From the NCBI GenBank assembly GCA_002269645.1, contig NIVC01000920.1:345685-409684 (forward strand): a stretch of 64,000 nt of DNA, given 5' to 3'. The notes below the pieces were generated by a model that was not told the DNA's origin, searched no databases, and saw only the letters and a list, made by a program, of their open reading frames with translations. The stretch is from Macrostomum lignano. Its lineage: Eukaryota. Position 1 is the stretch's first letter. The number at the start of each line of letters is the position of its first letter. Below are positions 1-12,100 of the stretch, in pieces. Position numbers and translations under genes: made by a program.

Positions 1-865
1 CTACTCCCTTCAAGCTGAAGCTAAAAGGTCACTCAGACACTGCCTGGCTCAAACGCAAGAATTAAAGCGATTCCAATGGACTGGAGAGTTCTAAGTCAGA
101 AAGTGCCTCCGAGAGTCCGTTCCCCTGTGGCTCGACCTCCCCCCCCCCCATGTTCCAGCAAGGCGACCTTTGAGCCACTCGAGCGAGTCCGTCACCTATG
201 ATTTGATCAGGCAAATCATAACTGGATTATGGGACTCAACTGGGCCGTGCTGGGAGACGCCAACGTGGGGCAGTCTGAAGGATTGACTTTCCCGGACTCG
301 AAATCGGCGGTCTCAAAGTCTCGGCTTGAGCTGCCCATCGGTCTTCGTTCAAGTGCCGCTTAAGGTGTGCGAGAGAATAATGGAGAATAATGACGATTCT
401 TCAATGAGTCAGTTGAGGCCCTCTTCTAAGCTTACTTTCCCAGACGGCTGAGTTGCGCCACTGTCGGAGAACTTGAGCAGTTCTCTGCAATCTGACTGTC
501 GGTTGTCTGGTTAAAAAATTTCTGAAACCTTGACCCCCGGATTTTGTACTTCAGTGTTTTTTGGGACACTTTGATCCCGAGTTAATTGGGAAAATAAACT
601 GGCAAATACTGCCTCCAGAAGCCTGTGTGGAGCGACGAATCAGTGGGGGGCGCCACGGTCCCCTACATCCAAGGCTACAGAGCTTCGAGCCTTGCTCAAG
701 GATGCCTAGCTGGACACTGTCTTGGCTTTAGCCTTCTAAACCACTGAAGCGTTTTCGCCATTTGCTCTTCTTAAAGCAATGTTGAAATTTTAGCTGGGGA
801 AAAGTTTTAGGTCTTGAATTTATTTGGCACGCAAAGTCCCGATCATCTAGCTGTCTGTGTATCTA

Positions 866-867
<2 letters not shown>

Positions 868-914
<47 letters not shown>
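868..914. repeat. (CT)n microsatellite
   Basis: Uninterrupted ctctct run; explains the SLSLSL/ERERER ORFs. Confidence 0.97.
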
Positions 915-918
<4 letters not shown>

Positions 919-1785
919 GCTTCTTTCAGTACCGAGAGCCGGGTTTGACTTTTTCACAGTCTTCAAAGCAAGTCTTTTCGTTATTTTCTCGCTTCGCTGC
1001 GCCGGCAACTTTGAAAGGAGAAACGGCGGCTCTCTTTCTTTTCGAGGGGAAGAACCGAAAAATCGTGCTGATCCAGTCTGACCAATTCCAGCCCGTAACA
1101 CTCTGGATATGCTACTTGAAGTTGAAAGTAGCAATGTGAGCAAAGTAGCAACCAGACATTATCTACGATAAATGATGCTTGTTACAAGAACTGATGTTGC
1201 ATGCCTGACTTGCAAGTAAATCTACGTACGGCAGGTAGAGCTCATTAGTTGGTTCGACATCAGTTTGAATGCAGTGCAGGTGAATGCTGAGTTGAAAGGA
1301 ATTCCTGAATTACAATTCAGCCCCCCAATAGCTATCCTTAGATAGAAAGCGAATAAAATTTCCAACAAGACAGGCTGCCCCTATTTCTCTCGGGTTCCCT
1401 AGTCAGGGAATAATGAGCCCTGTTCCACCTTAGCTGCTCTACGTCATAAGCTAAAGGATTTTCCTCAGACAATATGAGAAGAGATGAGGTTTTTAAATGA
1501 ATAGAGAGTATAGAGGAGACTCGTGCTGCATGGGGGGACGGCCTGACTTTGCTTGGCTTCCAAGTCGCGTAATATTGGATGAAAATGCTGCACAGATCTG
1601 CTGTGCAGGCTATCGGAACAGATCTATATAAGAGTGCACCTGTTTGCACCTATCACTACTCCTACGATCGTAATTATAGGTTGGTAATCAAGTTGCATCC
1701 AGTTTTGAGTTCGCCTGCACTCAAACTGCTTGACTATTCTTTGTCTAGTGATTTCAACACAGAAAGTGTGAGCTTTTAGAAGAAA

Positions 1786-1787
<2 letters not shown>

Positions 1788-1816
<29 letters not shown>

Positions 1817-1985
1817 TGTATGTATGTATGTATGTATGTATGTATGTATGTATGTACCAGGGGTATGTATGTATGTATGTATGCATGTATGTATGTATGT
1901 ATGTATGTATGTATGTATGTATGTATGTATGTATGTATGTATGTATGTATGTATGTATGTATGCATGTATGTATGTATGTATGTA
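1788..1985. repeat. (ATGT)n microsatellite
   Basis: About 200 bp of atgt units with three interruptions. Confidence 0.97.
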
Positions 1986-2689
1986 TTTGTATTATGTATT
2001 ATGTATTTATTATATATAATCTATCTATCTGAACTACAATTACGAATTAGAAACTAAAAAAACTATAAATTTAATATAATACTACACCTTAAGCTAAAAT
2101 GTACTAAAAATTAATTCACTGTTCTCCATCTGAAGTCCATCATGAATCCCCTTAAAAATGTTTCACGATGGAAGGGGCTTCATAAATCAACGAGTGTTGC
2201 CTGATTGTCCGAAATGCTCCCAGATCTATTAATAGCTGCATGGCCTCCCCGCTCTCAGCTGCCGCAAGAGCATCACGGAAGTGACGGTTCCCTGTCGACT
2301 TTTTAGCGGCTTTTTAGCTAAATTTGTTATACCGTTAGACCAAGCCGCTGTGAGGCACCGACCGCATGCAAGGCTGCTGGCTATAAGTGCAGTCAGCCAA
2401 TGAGAGCCACCTGAGTAGGCGGTTCCCTTATTATTTCTTTTCCAAGCAGTCAGGCCAGACGATAGGGCGAGAAGAGAGGGAGACTCATGCCGGATCCGTG
2501 ATGCGCGCGGAAGATATTAATTGTGCCGATAAGTACTAGCCACTCTTGGCTTTGTTGACTCGCGAGACCGGTCGTTTCCTCGCCCAACAGGACTTTTGCG
2601 GAGAAGCGTTCAAAGCAAAACTGTGAGTTTATCTTCGCTTCTTCTCTTGTACTAATTATTCAGCAGCTCCGCTCGCGGCCAACGTTATT

Positions 2690-2905
2690 TGGTGCTTGAC
2701 TTGTGCACAGCCATGGGGGAGGGCCAACCCCCACCAAGGCACAGAGATTGTACATGCTTGACGATTAGAACGTCAGGGCCGCTGTACACCCCGTGTGCGC
2801 GCTTGCCTGTGCTCAAGAGTCAGCGGAATGGGCAGATTTGCCTCTCGGGGTTGGTTGCATGATGATGTCGGCGCGAAGACGTTGCGCCAGGATGCCTGCA
2901 ACGAG
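2690..2905. repeat. Dispersed ~200-bp repeat, copy 1 (second copy at ~53210-53395)
   Basis: Both copies share gggccaacccc..aaggcacagaga..tgtacatgc(t/c)tgacgattagaa(c/a)gtc(a/t)gggccgctgtaca and ggttggttg..gatgtcg..cgaag.cgttg.gccagg. Confidence 0.7.
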
Positions 2906-4886
2906 GATAAAAACAGGAAAAACAGGACCGAAATTTGAGTTGAACTGACAAGGGCCGACTTCCGATTAAACTGTTGAATAGAGCCTGGGATCATGTCCTA
3001 ATTATTTCAATCAATTAATTTTCCATTACGGATATGAAATTTTTTCGCCCGCATCCTTGATTTGAAACCAAGAGATCCGAGATATATTTTTTACAGTTGG
3101 GAAATAAAATTTCGCCTCGGGATCTAGGCTTAAATCAATAACAATAATTAGCGACTCAAATTGCAAAAATGGGAGCTAAAACGGGGCTTATCTCTCACGC
3201 AGCTCAGGCCCATCTCTTGATGAAGAAATGTTGAAACTGGCCGATAAGCGCACCTACAGGCACCCAACACTTTCCTACACAGCAAATCTCGATCAAGCTT
3301 GCAAACACATTAGATTAACAAATCTTTGACTAACACACCTGGGCAATTTCTGAGAATTATGGCAACTACGATACACACACCTTTATTAGAAACAGATCTA
3401 GCTGTGATAAACACAACTTGGCACTTTCCGAGAGACTTATCTCAACTATCTGTGATAAACACAGCTCAATTATCCATCCATGTTTCCGTAAAAACATATT
3501 TCAACACCCTATGAGTAGCGCATGCATTTCAACTCTACCATTTCTGAGACCCAGATCGTGAACACTGCCAGTTACTCTGAACTTGTTCCTGGTTGCTAGA
3601 AAAGTACAGCGTTGTAGATTTTCCGCGGCCTGCGAGACGAAAGAATCGAAATCGGCGGCTTAACTGCATCGTCTTACTAAGCTAAGCGATAGCGTCTTGT
3701 CGATAGCCGTTCGCCATCGTTGGAGTTGCAGTTCTCTATCAGTCCACTTGATGCTGCCTTGACATATAACTGCCTATACTCGTAGCATAAGGCGAGATTT
3801 CTGTAGAATATCTCGCTATCTGCCTCTTTATTTGATCTCGCACCGAACACGACCCGCTTCTCCAGTCATCCGTTGGAGAAGCTCTCATTTCTCAGCCCAC
3901 TCGCTACATCACAAGAGACAATCGGCTAAAAAGAGACTCACGAAGAGCTGCTTCCTGATCGAGGCAAAATGCTCAACAAGCCGCTAGAATGTCACGGATA
4001 TGCTATTTTTAGTTTATAGAAGATGCACTTTAAGAGTTTGCACTGGCTGGAGGAACAGAGCTTTCCAGTCAATTAGTTAATCAAGACAGTAGGGACTGAG
4101 AGTAAGTCTTAATCTATCAAATCGAGCTCTCGACAAAGATAAGCCACTTAGTACTTAGTATTCCTTTACTCTTTAGTGGGACAAGCCTCTAAGAATTATC
4201 AGGAAATACAGTGTATAGGCACTCAAACTTGTGTACTATGATGCAGTGGCATATGCAGTTGAAGGTTGAGTGTGCTGAGTTGCGTGCGTACATGTACTAC
4301 CACATTTGAGCGCCTAGTCGAAAAATGAACTACCGAGTATTTTCCAATTTTAATAGTTTGAATGCCAAGCCATTTTGTCCGCCCGTCAAGACCACACGTC
4401 AGACCAAATGTGTCTGCATCAGCTCTATGTTCGTTGGTCTATGGCCACTTGTGCCACCTGTGCCACACGTTGAAGGTCTAGAAGCTCCGCTTGGGGAAGG
4501 CCAGTGACCAACGATGTCAGAACTGATGCAGACACGTGTGGTCCACGTGCTGATGAAATTTGCCGGCTTGAAAAGCCCGCACTGAGGCGCAGTGCTGTAT
4601 TGAACACACTAGCGCTTATGGGAAAAAATCCGACCTTCTGGAAGAATCGTTGAATATCTCGACGGTCCGGAAAACTGGCGATTTGGCTCTTGTTTGAAAA
4701 AGTGCGCAACAAAAAGTCAGCCCGTATCCTTGAATTTCGTGTGCCTGCAAAAAATTGTCGGAGGGGAAATCCCCATTCCCCTTTGGTAGCTTAAATAGCT
4801 TTACTTTTTGTTGAAATGCAATGAATGCAATCTTTTCTTGGAAATTTTTTATATCGGTCTTTTTTAATTTCAGCAGCTCCGACTTC

Positions 4887-5543
4887 ATGCCCGAACAGAG
4901 CTGCGACTATCGAGTGGCCGTGTTCGGTTCCGCCGGAGTCGGCAAGTCCTCCCTGGTGCAACGGTTTATTCGCGGCACATTCAAGGAGGCCTACACGCCT
5001 ACAGTTGAGGACACGTACCGCCAGGTTATTAGCAATGATAAACAGGTGTGTACGCTGCAGATCACGGACACAACCGGTTCGCACCAGTTCCCGGCAATGA
5101 TGCGACTCAGCATGAGCAAGGGTCACGCGTTTGTCCTCGTTTACTCGGTGACCGCTCGGGCCAGCCTGATCGAGCTGAATACAGTGGTCACTGAGCTGCG
5201 CGAGATCAAAGGCGCCGACATTGCCAGCATGCCGGTGATGCTAGTGGCGAATAAGTGCGACGAACCGGCCAGCAGCCGGGAGGTGAGCCGCGACGCCGGA
5301 GCTGCCGTGGCCGCCAGATGGAACTGCGGCTTCATTGAGACGTCGGCCAAGGAGAACGTGAACGTCAGCGAAGCCTTCGTCCAGCTACTGCGCATGGACA
5401 AGGAGCGCGACATGGCGCTGCTGTGTGAGGCCGCCTGGCAGCAGCCCTTAGCAACATCCGGCGCCTCGTCCGGTGGAGGCCGCGGCAGCGGTAGCGGCTC
5501 AACAAATCGCAGATCGGGCAGTCGAAAGTGCGCCCTCATGTAG
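4887..5543 (+). CDS. DIRAS: DIRAS (Di-Ras) family small GTPase, intronless, 218 aa
   Basis: [22 protein letters not shown] (P-loop), YTPTVEDTY (switch I), [13 protein letters not shown] (the DTTG-x-Q variant typical of Di-Ras), NKCD, ETSAK and a C-terminal CaaX (CALM). The true ATG is at 4887, after the acceptor tttttaatttcag (4873); the ORF-track start at 4821 is upstream AT-rich sequence. Confidence 0.93.
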   Translation: MPEQSCDYRVAVFGSAGVGKSSLVQRFIRGTFKEAYTPTVEDTYRQVISNDKQVCTLQITDTTGSHQFPAMMRLSMSKGHAFVLVYSVTARASLIELNTVVTELREIKGADIASMPVMLVANKCDEPASSREVSRDAGAAVAARWNCGFIETSAKENVNVSEAFVQLLRMDKERDMALLCEAAWQQPLATSGASSGGGRGSGSGSTNRRSGSRKCALM

Positions 5544-7384
5544 CAGAAAAGCATTCATTGCCCTACTTGTCTGTATGTGTGTGTGTGTGATATTGTGTTG
5601 TGTTTTCCACTGAGCGTGACACGGTCAGACAAGACACTTTTCATCTCTTCAGCTCTTGTCTTACTCTTTTTAGACTAGCCTTCGTAGAAAGGAAAAAGTT
5701 CCTGCTTGCGAAAGCGAATTGCGAACGTGCCGTTTCCAGAATGCGAGCCAATATTCAAGTCACGTGCTTGTTCAAAAAGATGTGTCGAAAAGTTGTTTAC
5801 CAGATTTGTATATAACTATATATTTTTGTTGAATTGCGACCCTGTAACTACGGCAACTTTGGAAAAAATTCCCACGATAAATTGAGAGAGGGCACTCTAG
5901 CTTGTTTGTTGAGCTGGTCGTTGCTATTCTACATGTAATACTTGAGTAAAAATTAAATAAATCATCTATTTTTAATCCTCCAGAAGTCGTAGAGCATCTC
6001 TGTGTCATGACAGAAATATAACAAACTATAATTTTGTCTAAAGGCTACTAAAGGCTTCTAAATTTTTTAAGACGATTCACACACCATCTATAGTGATCAA
6101 GTCACCTAATGGGCCGTATGCAGAAAGCTTAGTCCCGGGACTGGGTAGTTCAGTATACGGTTTTGAAATCGGTATGCACAAAACCAAGTCGAGACCAATC
6201 TAGTCAGGCTAGACCGAACGCGCAACTTAGGCGAAATTTTTAAGGGATTCCCGCTGTCTATGGTCCAAACTGATACATTTCTTGAAGAGGAGACAGATAA
6301 TTAGATAGCCAGAATAAAGAAGATAGCCGCTCCATTGCGCATCTAGAAGAGAACCGTAGAGATACGAGCTAGATCACTGTTGCAGAAGATCCTCGAGTAG
6401 TGAACTGACCCAATTCACTGCCCAGTTGACCTCAAGAAAGGTGTTCTGTATCTGGCATCAAAAAGGGCCTGGACATTAATTAATCGAATGGTAGTTCTTT
6501 TAGTTGACAAATTCGTCCGGAAATCGGATAGCAATAGCACCGATTACATGAAGCAGTTGACAAATTTCGTGAAACCACATTGAGATGCGTGCCCGCTTGA
6601 CACTTGCGGATGGAAAGCTGATGTTAAATAGAATTCTCTGATTCAACGCCACTTCCCAGTAAATCGGGACAGAGTGGTTCTGGTTGATCCCTCCGAGAGC
6701 AGCCAGGTTCTGCTGAAAGCTGCCAGTACCAAGATACGGAGCGTGTTATTACGGATACAATGTTGTATAGTTGCATCTCATTGAGGATTTAACAATGACA
6801 TGAATGATGTGATTGCTGTAAGTAGCTGACTTAATTTGGCTGTTTTGACAGCAGTTGTGCGGATGTACAAGCTAACCAAAAGTTAAGCCAAGAATCCGGC
6901 TTATTGACGAAACAAGAATGCAGCAATACTACATGCAGTTCTATGCAGACACACAATGGCACAAAACAGTATTGTAGCATCCAAGTAGCAAATTTCTTAG
7001 AGTCTCTGCCTATTGGCCTGACTATGAATGACGAGACAGCTAAATAGAACTATTCAATGCATGCAGAAGGGTCAATGCAGATTGAATGTTTATTATTCAT
7101 CATTTCTGATAAGCTTGTAGCTATAGGCCTATTTTTGTCCTGGCAAAACGTCAAAATACGCATGTACACCTGTATATCAAGTGCAATATATGCAAGGACT
7201 ACTCAAGTTTCTTGAAAAGTATTAGAAGACAGGTTTTACCGAAAAAATACACCAGGAAGAATAGTTTTTCATTTCTACAGCACACAATTTCTAATTGCTT
7301 TTGATAGGACGCCGAACATATTTTTTGATATGACGCGCCTTTCTTATATCTCTATTGAAACTCGAGCTTTTTGTTTAGAAAAAC

Positions 7385-8290
7385 GCAACAACAACAACAA
7401 AATACGCGGCCCCGCGTGTCAGGTCGCTGCATGTCAGGTGGCAGAGCATGAAAGCGGACGAAGTCCGCCCCGTTTTTAATTGGCAGTGTCGGGCGCCCAG
7501 CGAGGCATGGGAGGCAGTCCACGTATCGACAGGTTTGGGCCTGACCCCACCTGAACGGGCCCTGCAAGGTGAGCAGCAGAATGTCCTGAACAGGTTGGGG
7601 GGCAGTATAGCCCTCTACCCGAATAACGTGGACCGCCAGTTGAATTAGCCGCCGGGGCAGGATGATGGAGGAGCGCTACAGCTTGGCCTGATCGTACAGG
7701 GTCCCGGTCCCAACGCTCTCGTTAGCTCCAAAGGCCGCACGGAGCAGGTCTGAGTGCGCCGAATCCAACTGCCGCTCCAGCGTAGCAGTCAGCGTCAACG
7801 TCTCGGAGTTGTATAGCTGGACTGCTTCGACCACCGACTGCCACAGCCGAGCTAGGACAGCTCGGATCGAACGGAAGGCCGCCCAGGCAAGTCCTCTGCG
7901 CCGCCGGAGGTCTTCGTCCACGTGAGACACCAGACTGCCGAGGTAAGATGAACTGCTGGCAGCGTGCGAGCGTGGTCGTCTGCCCGCCTGCGCCTCAGCC
8001 TGTGCGCTGGGATGTCGGCCAGCACAGTTCAGCCTGTTGACAACCATGCAGCTAGACGCTCGATGCCACCTCGACCAGCCTGTCGATCTGGCGCTGGACG
8101 CGCCTTCAACGGACGAGAACAGGAGGGGGAGGTCGTCGGTGTAGCCACCCCGCACGCTCAGGCGCATTTTCGCAGTGGCGGCGACCGATGCGTCTGCGAA
8201 GCAGAAAGCCGTCGTCACCCGAGGGGGGAGTGTGGTCCGAAGCACCCTGCAGTGATCAGGAGCAGCGAGGAACGGCACTAGCAGCATGTC
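7385..8290 (-). mobile_element. 5'-truncated, internally deleted non-LTR retrotransposon (RTE/Proto2-like RT C-terminus) with 3' hairpin and (GTT)n tail
   Basis: Minus-strand translation gives YTDDLPLL (degenerate YADD), YLGSLV, DLRRRRGLAWAAF and VVEAVQLYNSETLTLTATLERQLDSAHSDLLRAAF. The 3' end has gcggac-ttc-gtccgc followed by tattttgttgttgttgttg. Confidence 0.8.
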
Positions 8291-9170
8291 GTCGAATAAA
8301 AAATTAAATATAGAATCCCACTTTTTAACGAAAAACTTTATTAATATCAGCAGAGCTATAAGAAAGGCACAAAAAATGGAACAGTCTCTGTCTCCCCTAT
8401 CGAATTAAGCAACTTTTTCTGTGCTGAAAAATTGAAAACTTCCTATCTCCATAGTGCAATTTTTCGGAAAAACCTGCCTCCTAAAATTTCCAAGAAACGA
8501 GGTTACCCATCTTTCTACTTGAGTAGTCCTAGGAATTTACTGGTAGTTTTTCTATTATTTTCTATAATAGAAGTAGGTTCTATTTGCATGTACAGTGTAA
8601 TTCGAGTAGTCCTGAGTCTACATGTATGTGCGTGATCATTATTATGTTAAAGAAGGCTGCATGTACATTATAAATTTAGATTTCATGAACATTGTGAGAT
8701 TAACGAAATCCAACACACAATATGTACATGTACTCGTACATTTCGCTACAAAAAGAAACACATGAAAGAAAATTAAGTTCCGTTTAACTGCACTGCATCT
8801 GTTTAATGCAATTATTAGCGCCATTGAAAGAATGGTTTTGCCATGGAACACGCGGCCGAGCGAAGCCAAGGTTTTACTGGATAAACCACGTGAAAAATCC
8901 GCAGGAGTTTGTATTTAAATTATTGGTTGGACCTAAAAGTTAAGTTTTTACAACAGATGCAATAATTTTTAAACCCTTTCTGGCAGTGCAATGGATCATA
9001 AGTAAGTTACATCTTTTTGTTATAATAACCACTTTTCGTGTTGCATCGACGCCATTTAGATTCTTGGAAAGTTTATTGGTAGCGCGTTTTATAAAGGTTT
9101 TTTTTCGCTTCTAAGTTAGTAACAACTTTCTTTCGTTATAGCTTAACCAGTTAAAATTGTCAATAGGAAG

Positions 9171-12100
9171 ATGCATTTATACAACTTAACACTACAGCGT
9201 GCGTCAATTATAACGCACGCCATCAATGGAAACTTTTCAGGAACAAAAAACCAAGAAATTATTCTGGCAAAAGGAAAGATTATTGAGCTTTTGCGACCAG
9301 ATCCTAATACTGGCAAAGTTTTTGTCATTCTACAAACAGAGGTTTTTGGTGTAATTCGATCCCTCATGCCATTTAGGCTCACTGGTGGAAGCAAAGGTAA
9401 TTTTTTAATATTTGAGTCCTTAGTTGTTGCACTGTCTTGACTTAAAGCTTTTGTTTTGTAAAGTTTTTTACATTGACTTGAGTAATAGTTTAATTTCAAA
9501 AATCTGGATTTACTTTCTAGCATTCTGTTGGTAAAAATGTGCTTTTGAAATAATTTTTTAATTTCTTCCTAGTTTTAATTTTATGCCTAATATTAATAAT
9601 TTATAAATGATATAATAATCTCATTCTCAAAATATGAAAATACTCTGATTTAAAATTAACATACAAAAAGCAAACTGGCATGTATGCACAACCCTCCTGA
9701 TGGCATTAAAACTAGCAATTACAATATATAAACCTTTTATAAGAGTTTTTTCTTTTAAAAAAGTTTAATATTTTTATTTTAATAGTAAAATTAAAACAAT
9801 AAAAATATAAAATAAGTATTTGATGATAAAAAAATTGAGTTGCTCAGTTCAAATGAGACTTGTAGAATTTAAAATTTGTTTTATTTTTTTATAGACAAAA
9901 GTTTAGTTTTTAAATTCTTAACTTAAGAATTTTTGAATAAAATATAGGCCCTAGGTATATCAATAAACCACAGGGCTTACATAGTTATTTTTGTGCTAGT
10001 TCATTTTTTCATTGGTTTTTAGAAAAGGCTTATACCATATATTTCTATTTTTTAATGTTTTCTAATTTTTAATGAGCTATTATTTTTATTCTTAAAAATT
10101 TTAATATCTAATTCTATGATTATGAATTTAAATATTAGGTCTAATGCTTGAACTTTTTTCTTGTAGTCTAAAAGATAGCTTTTAAATTAGAAAATTTTAG
10201 CCTTTTTTAGCCCTTATTAAGAACCTTGATACCATAGTCAGGATGATGTACATTACGCCAGAAATTTCCAGCATACAATTGAAATTTTACTTTTTTTGGC
10301 GTACAATTGGCGTAAAAAATGAGGCAAAATATATTTGGCGTACCTTTTGGCGTGACGCTGTGGCGTAAATACACCAAGCAGCGTACGCCAACTCCAACCT
10401 TCACACCAAAGTTAATATTAACAATTGTTGACATAATGCCGTAACCTCAGAATCTTATTATAAAATCATAAAAACTGTAAAACTTGTAAGATGAAAGTTC
10501 AAAACTATTCGTGATTTATAAAAATGTAAAATTCCACACAAACTAAGTGTGTTAATTTTCTAAAAAAATTAAACAAAAAATTGATTTTTGTTGGCATTAT
10601 CTATAAGCCAATTTACTTTAAATGAAAACCACACATTTGTTAAATTTTTATTGTTAAAAATGTGTAACACACAAAAAAGGTCATTTATTGTTGCAAAGCC
10701 TAGAAAACCTAGCGTAAGTTCCTAGGACCTTGGCGTATGTTTCAGTATGAAGTGGCATAGATTTTTTTAGGGGACTTTTTATTCCGGCATATACCATGAC
10801 ATGATCCTGACTATGGCCTTGATATAAATAAATAAATAGATAAATAGAAAGATCCTAGAGACAGACTTTTAGCATTCATATGCTCACAAAAAGCTCAGAG
10901 GGGCAAGACATAGCATTAAGAAAGGTGAGGTAAGATAGCCTAAAGGTCACTAGCAAAGGTCTTTAGAAGTGTCTCAGTGTATGCATGTCCATGACAATAT
11001 AGGTTGCATGATGGATTGAGCATGATGGTAGCAAGGGGGTTTATTTCTCCTTACATCTATAGCTAAGTAGCAGGTGGCTAATAAGAGAAGTTGCTATCTG
11101 TATTTTGAGTATAGAGGTCACTTAGTAGGATGTTAGAGCAAGCAGTGAGTGTGTAGTTTGATAGCCTTTTAGGATAGCAAAAGTTGAGAGCAAATTGCAA
11201 CAAAGCTCTGAATGTGGCATTGAGAGCCTAGTTGCAAGATTCTATGACCATCAGAGCTTTGAGACCATAGAGAAAAATTAGTTCCATAGCAGCTTCGCAA
11301 ATCCTGATCTTAAGTTGGTTAGGCATAGGCAAACTAAAGATAGAGCTCAGTTGCCAAGCAGCTCTCCAGGCTTGTGCATGGTAGTTGATGATGATGTTGT
11401 CCAAAGAGAGACCACTAGCAAGCCAAGGTAGTGGAAATCCAAGCAGTAAAAGATTTTGTCACCATTTGGGAATGTGAGAGCAAGTAGGTTGCTGATGCCA
11501 ATGTTAATGCTTCTCACAAGATGTATAGTCTTGCAGGCATTCACCTTGGTATACATTAGTCATATGGAATATGCAAGTTCTATATATATAGAATTTTCAA
11601 GTCCAACATTGGCATATAGTTTGTGTACAAATCTAGGGCTCCAAACTTAGGTTTTTAATTCTAGGTTTATTTTTTGTATAATAGGGATGTTATATCATCC
11701 TGACTTTCAAAGTCATATCCTTAGATTAGACCTTGGGTGCAATTTCACATCCTATCACTAGCAAAAACACAGGCTAACAAAGAGCTAATAAAGATAAAGG
11801 TAAATATGAAAGGTATTGCCTATCAAGCTTACTGACAAATTTTAGAGTTGAACTATGTTTTCAATATATGATTTACTTAAAAGCAGATAGGGCCTACCAT
11901 TATTGTAATTTTGATTCTTATAATCTTATTAAACTAAAAAGTTACACTTAAAAACTGCCATAGACCTCTAAGTCTAACTTTGAACCCTAGAAAAAAGATT
12001 TTAAAGCTTGTCTAAGAACTGTAACTGTGATTTATTGAGTGGCCAATATTACTAAAATGCGAAATATGCATTCCTGTAACCATATCTGTAACTATGACAA

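Noticed and set aside
2690-2905. Spliced-leader RNA gene
   Set aside because: I recognise no flatworm SL exon ending in ATG/GT and no Sm site.
4821-4886. N-terminal extension of DIRAS from the ORF track
   Set aside because: It is AT-rich sequence ending in a splice acceptor; Di-Ras proteins start at the MPEQ-type Met.
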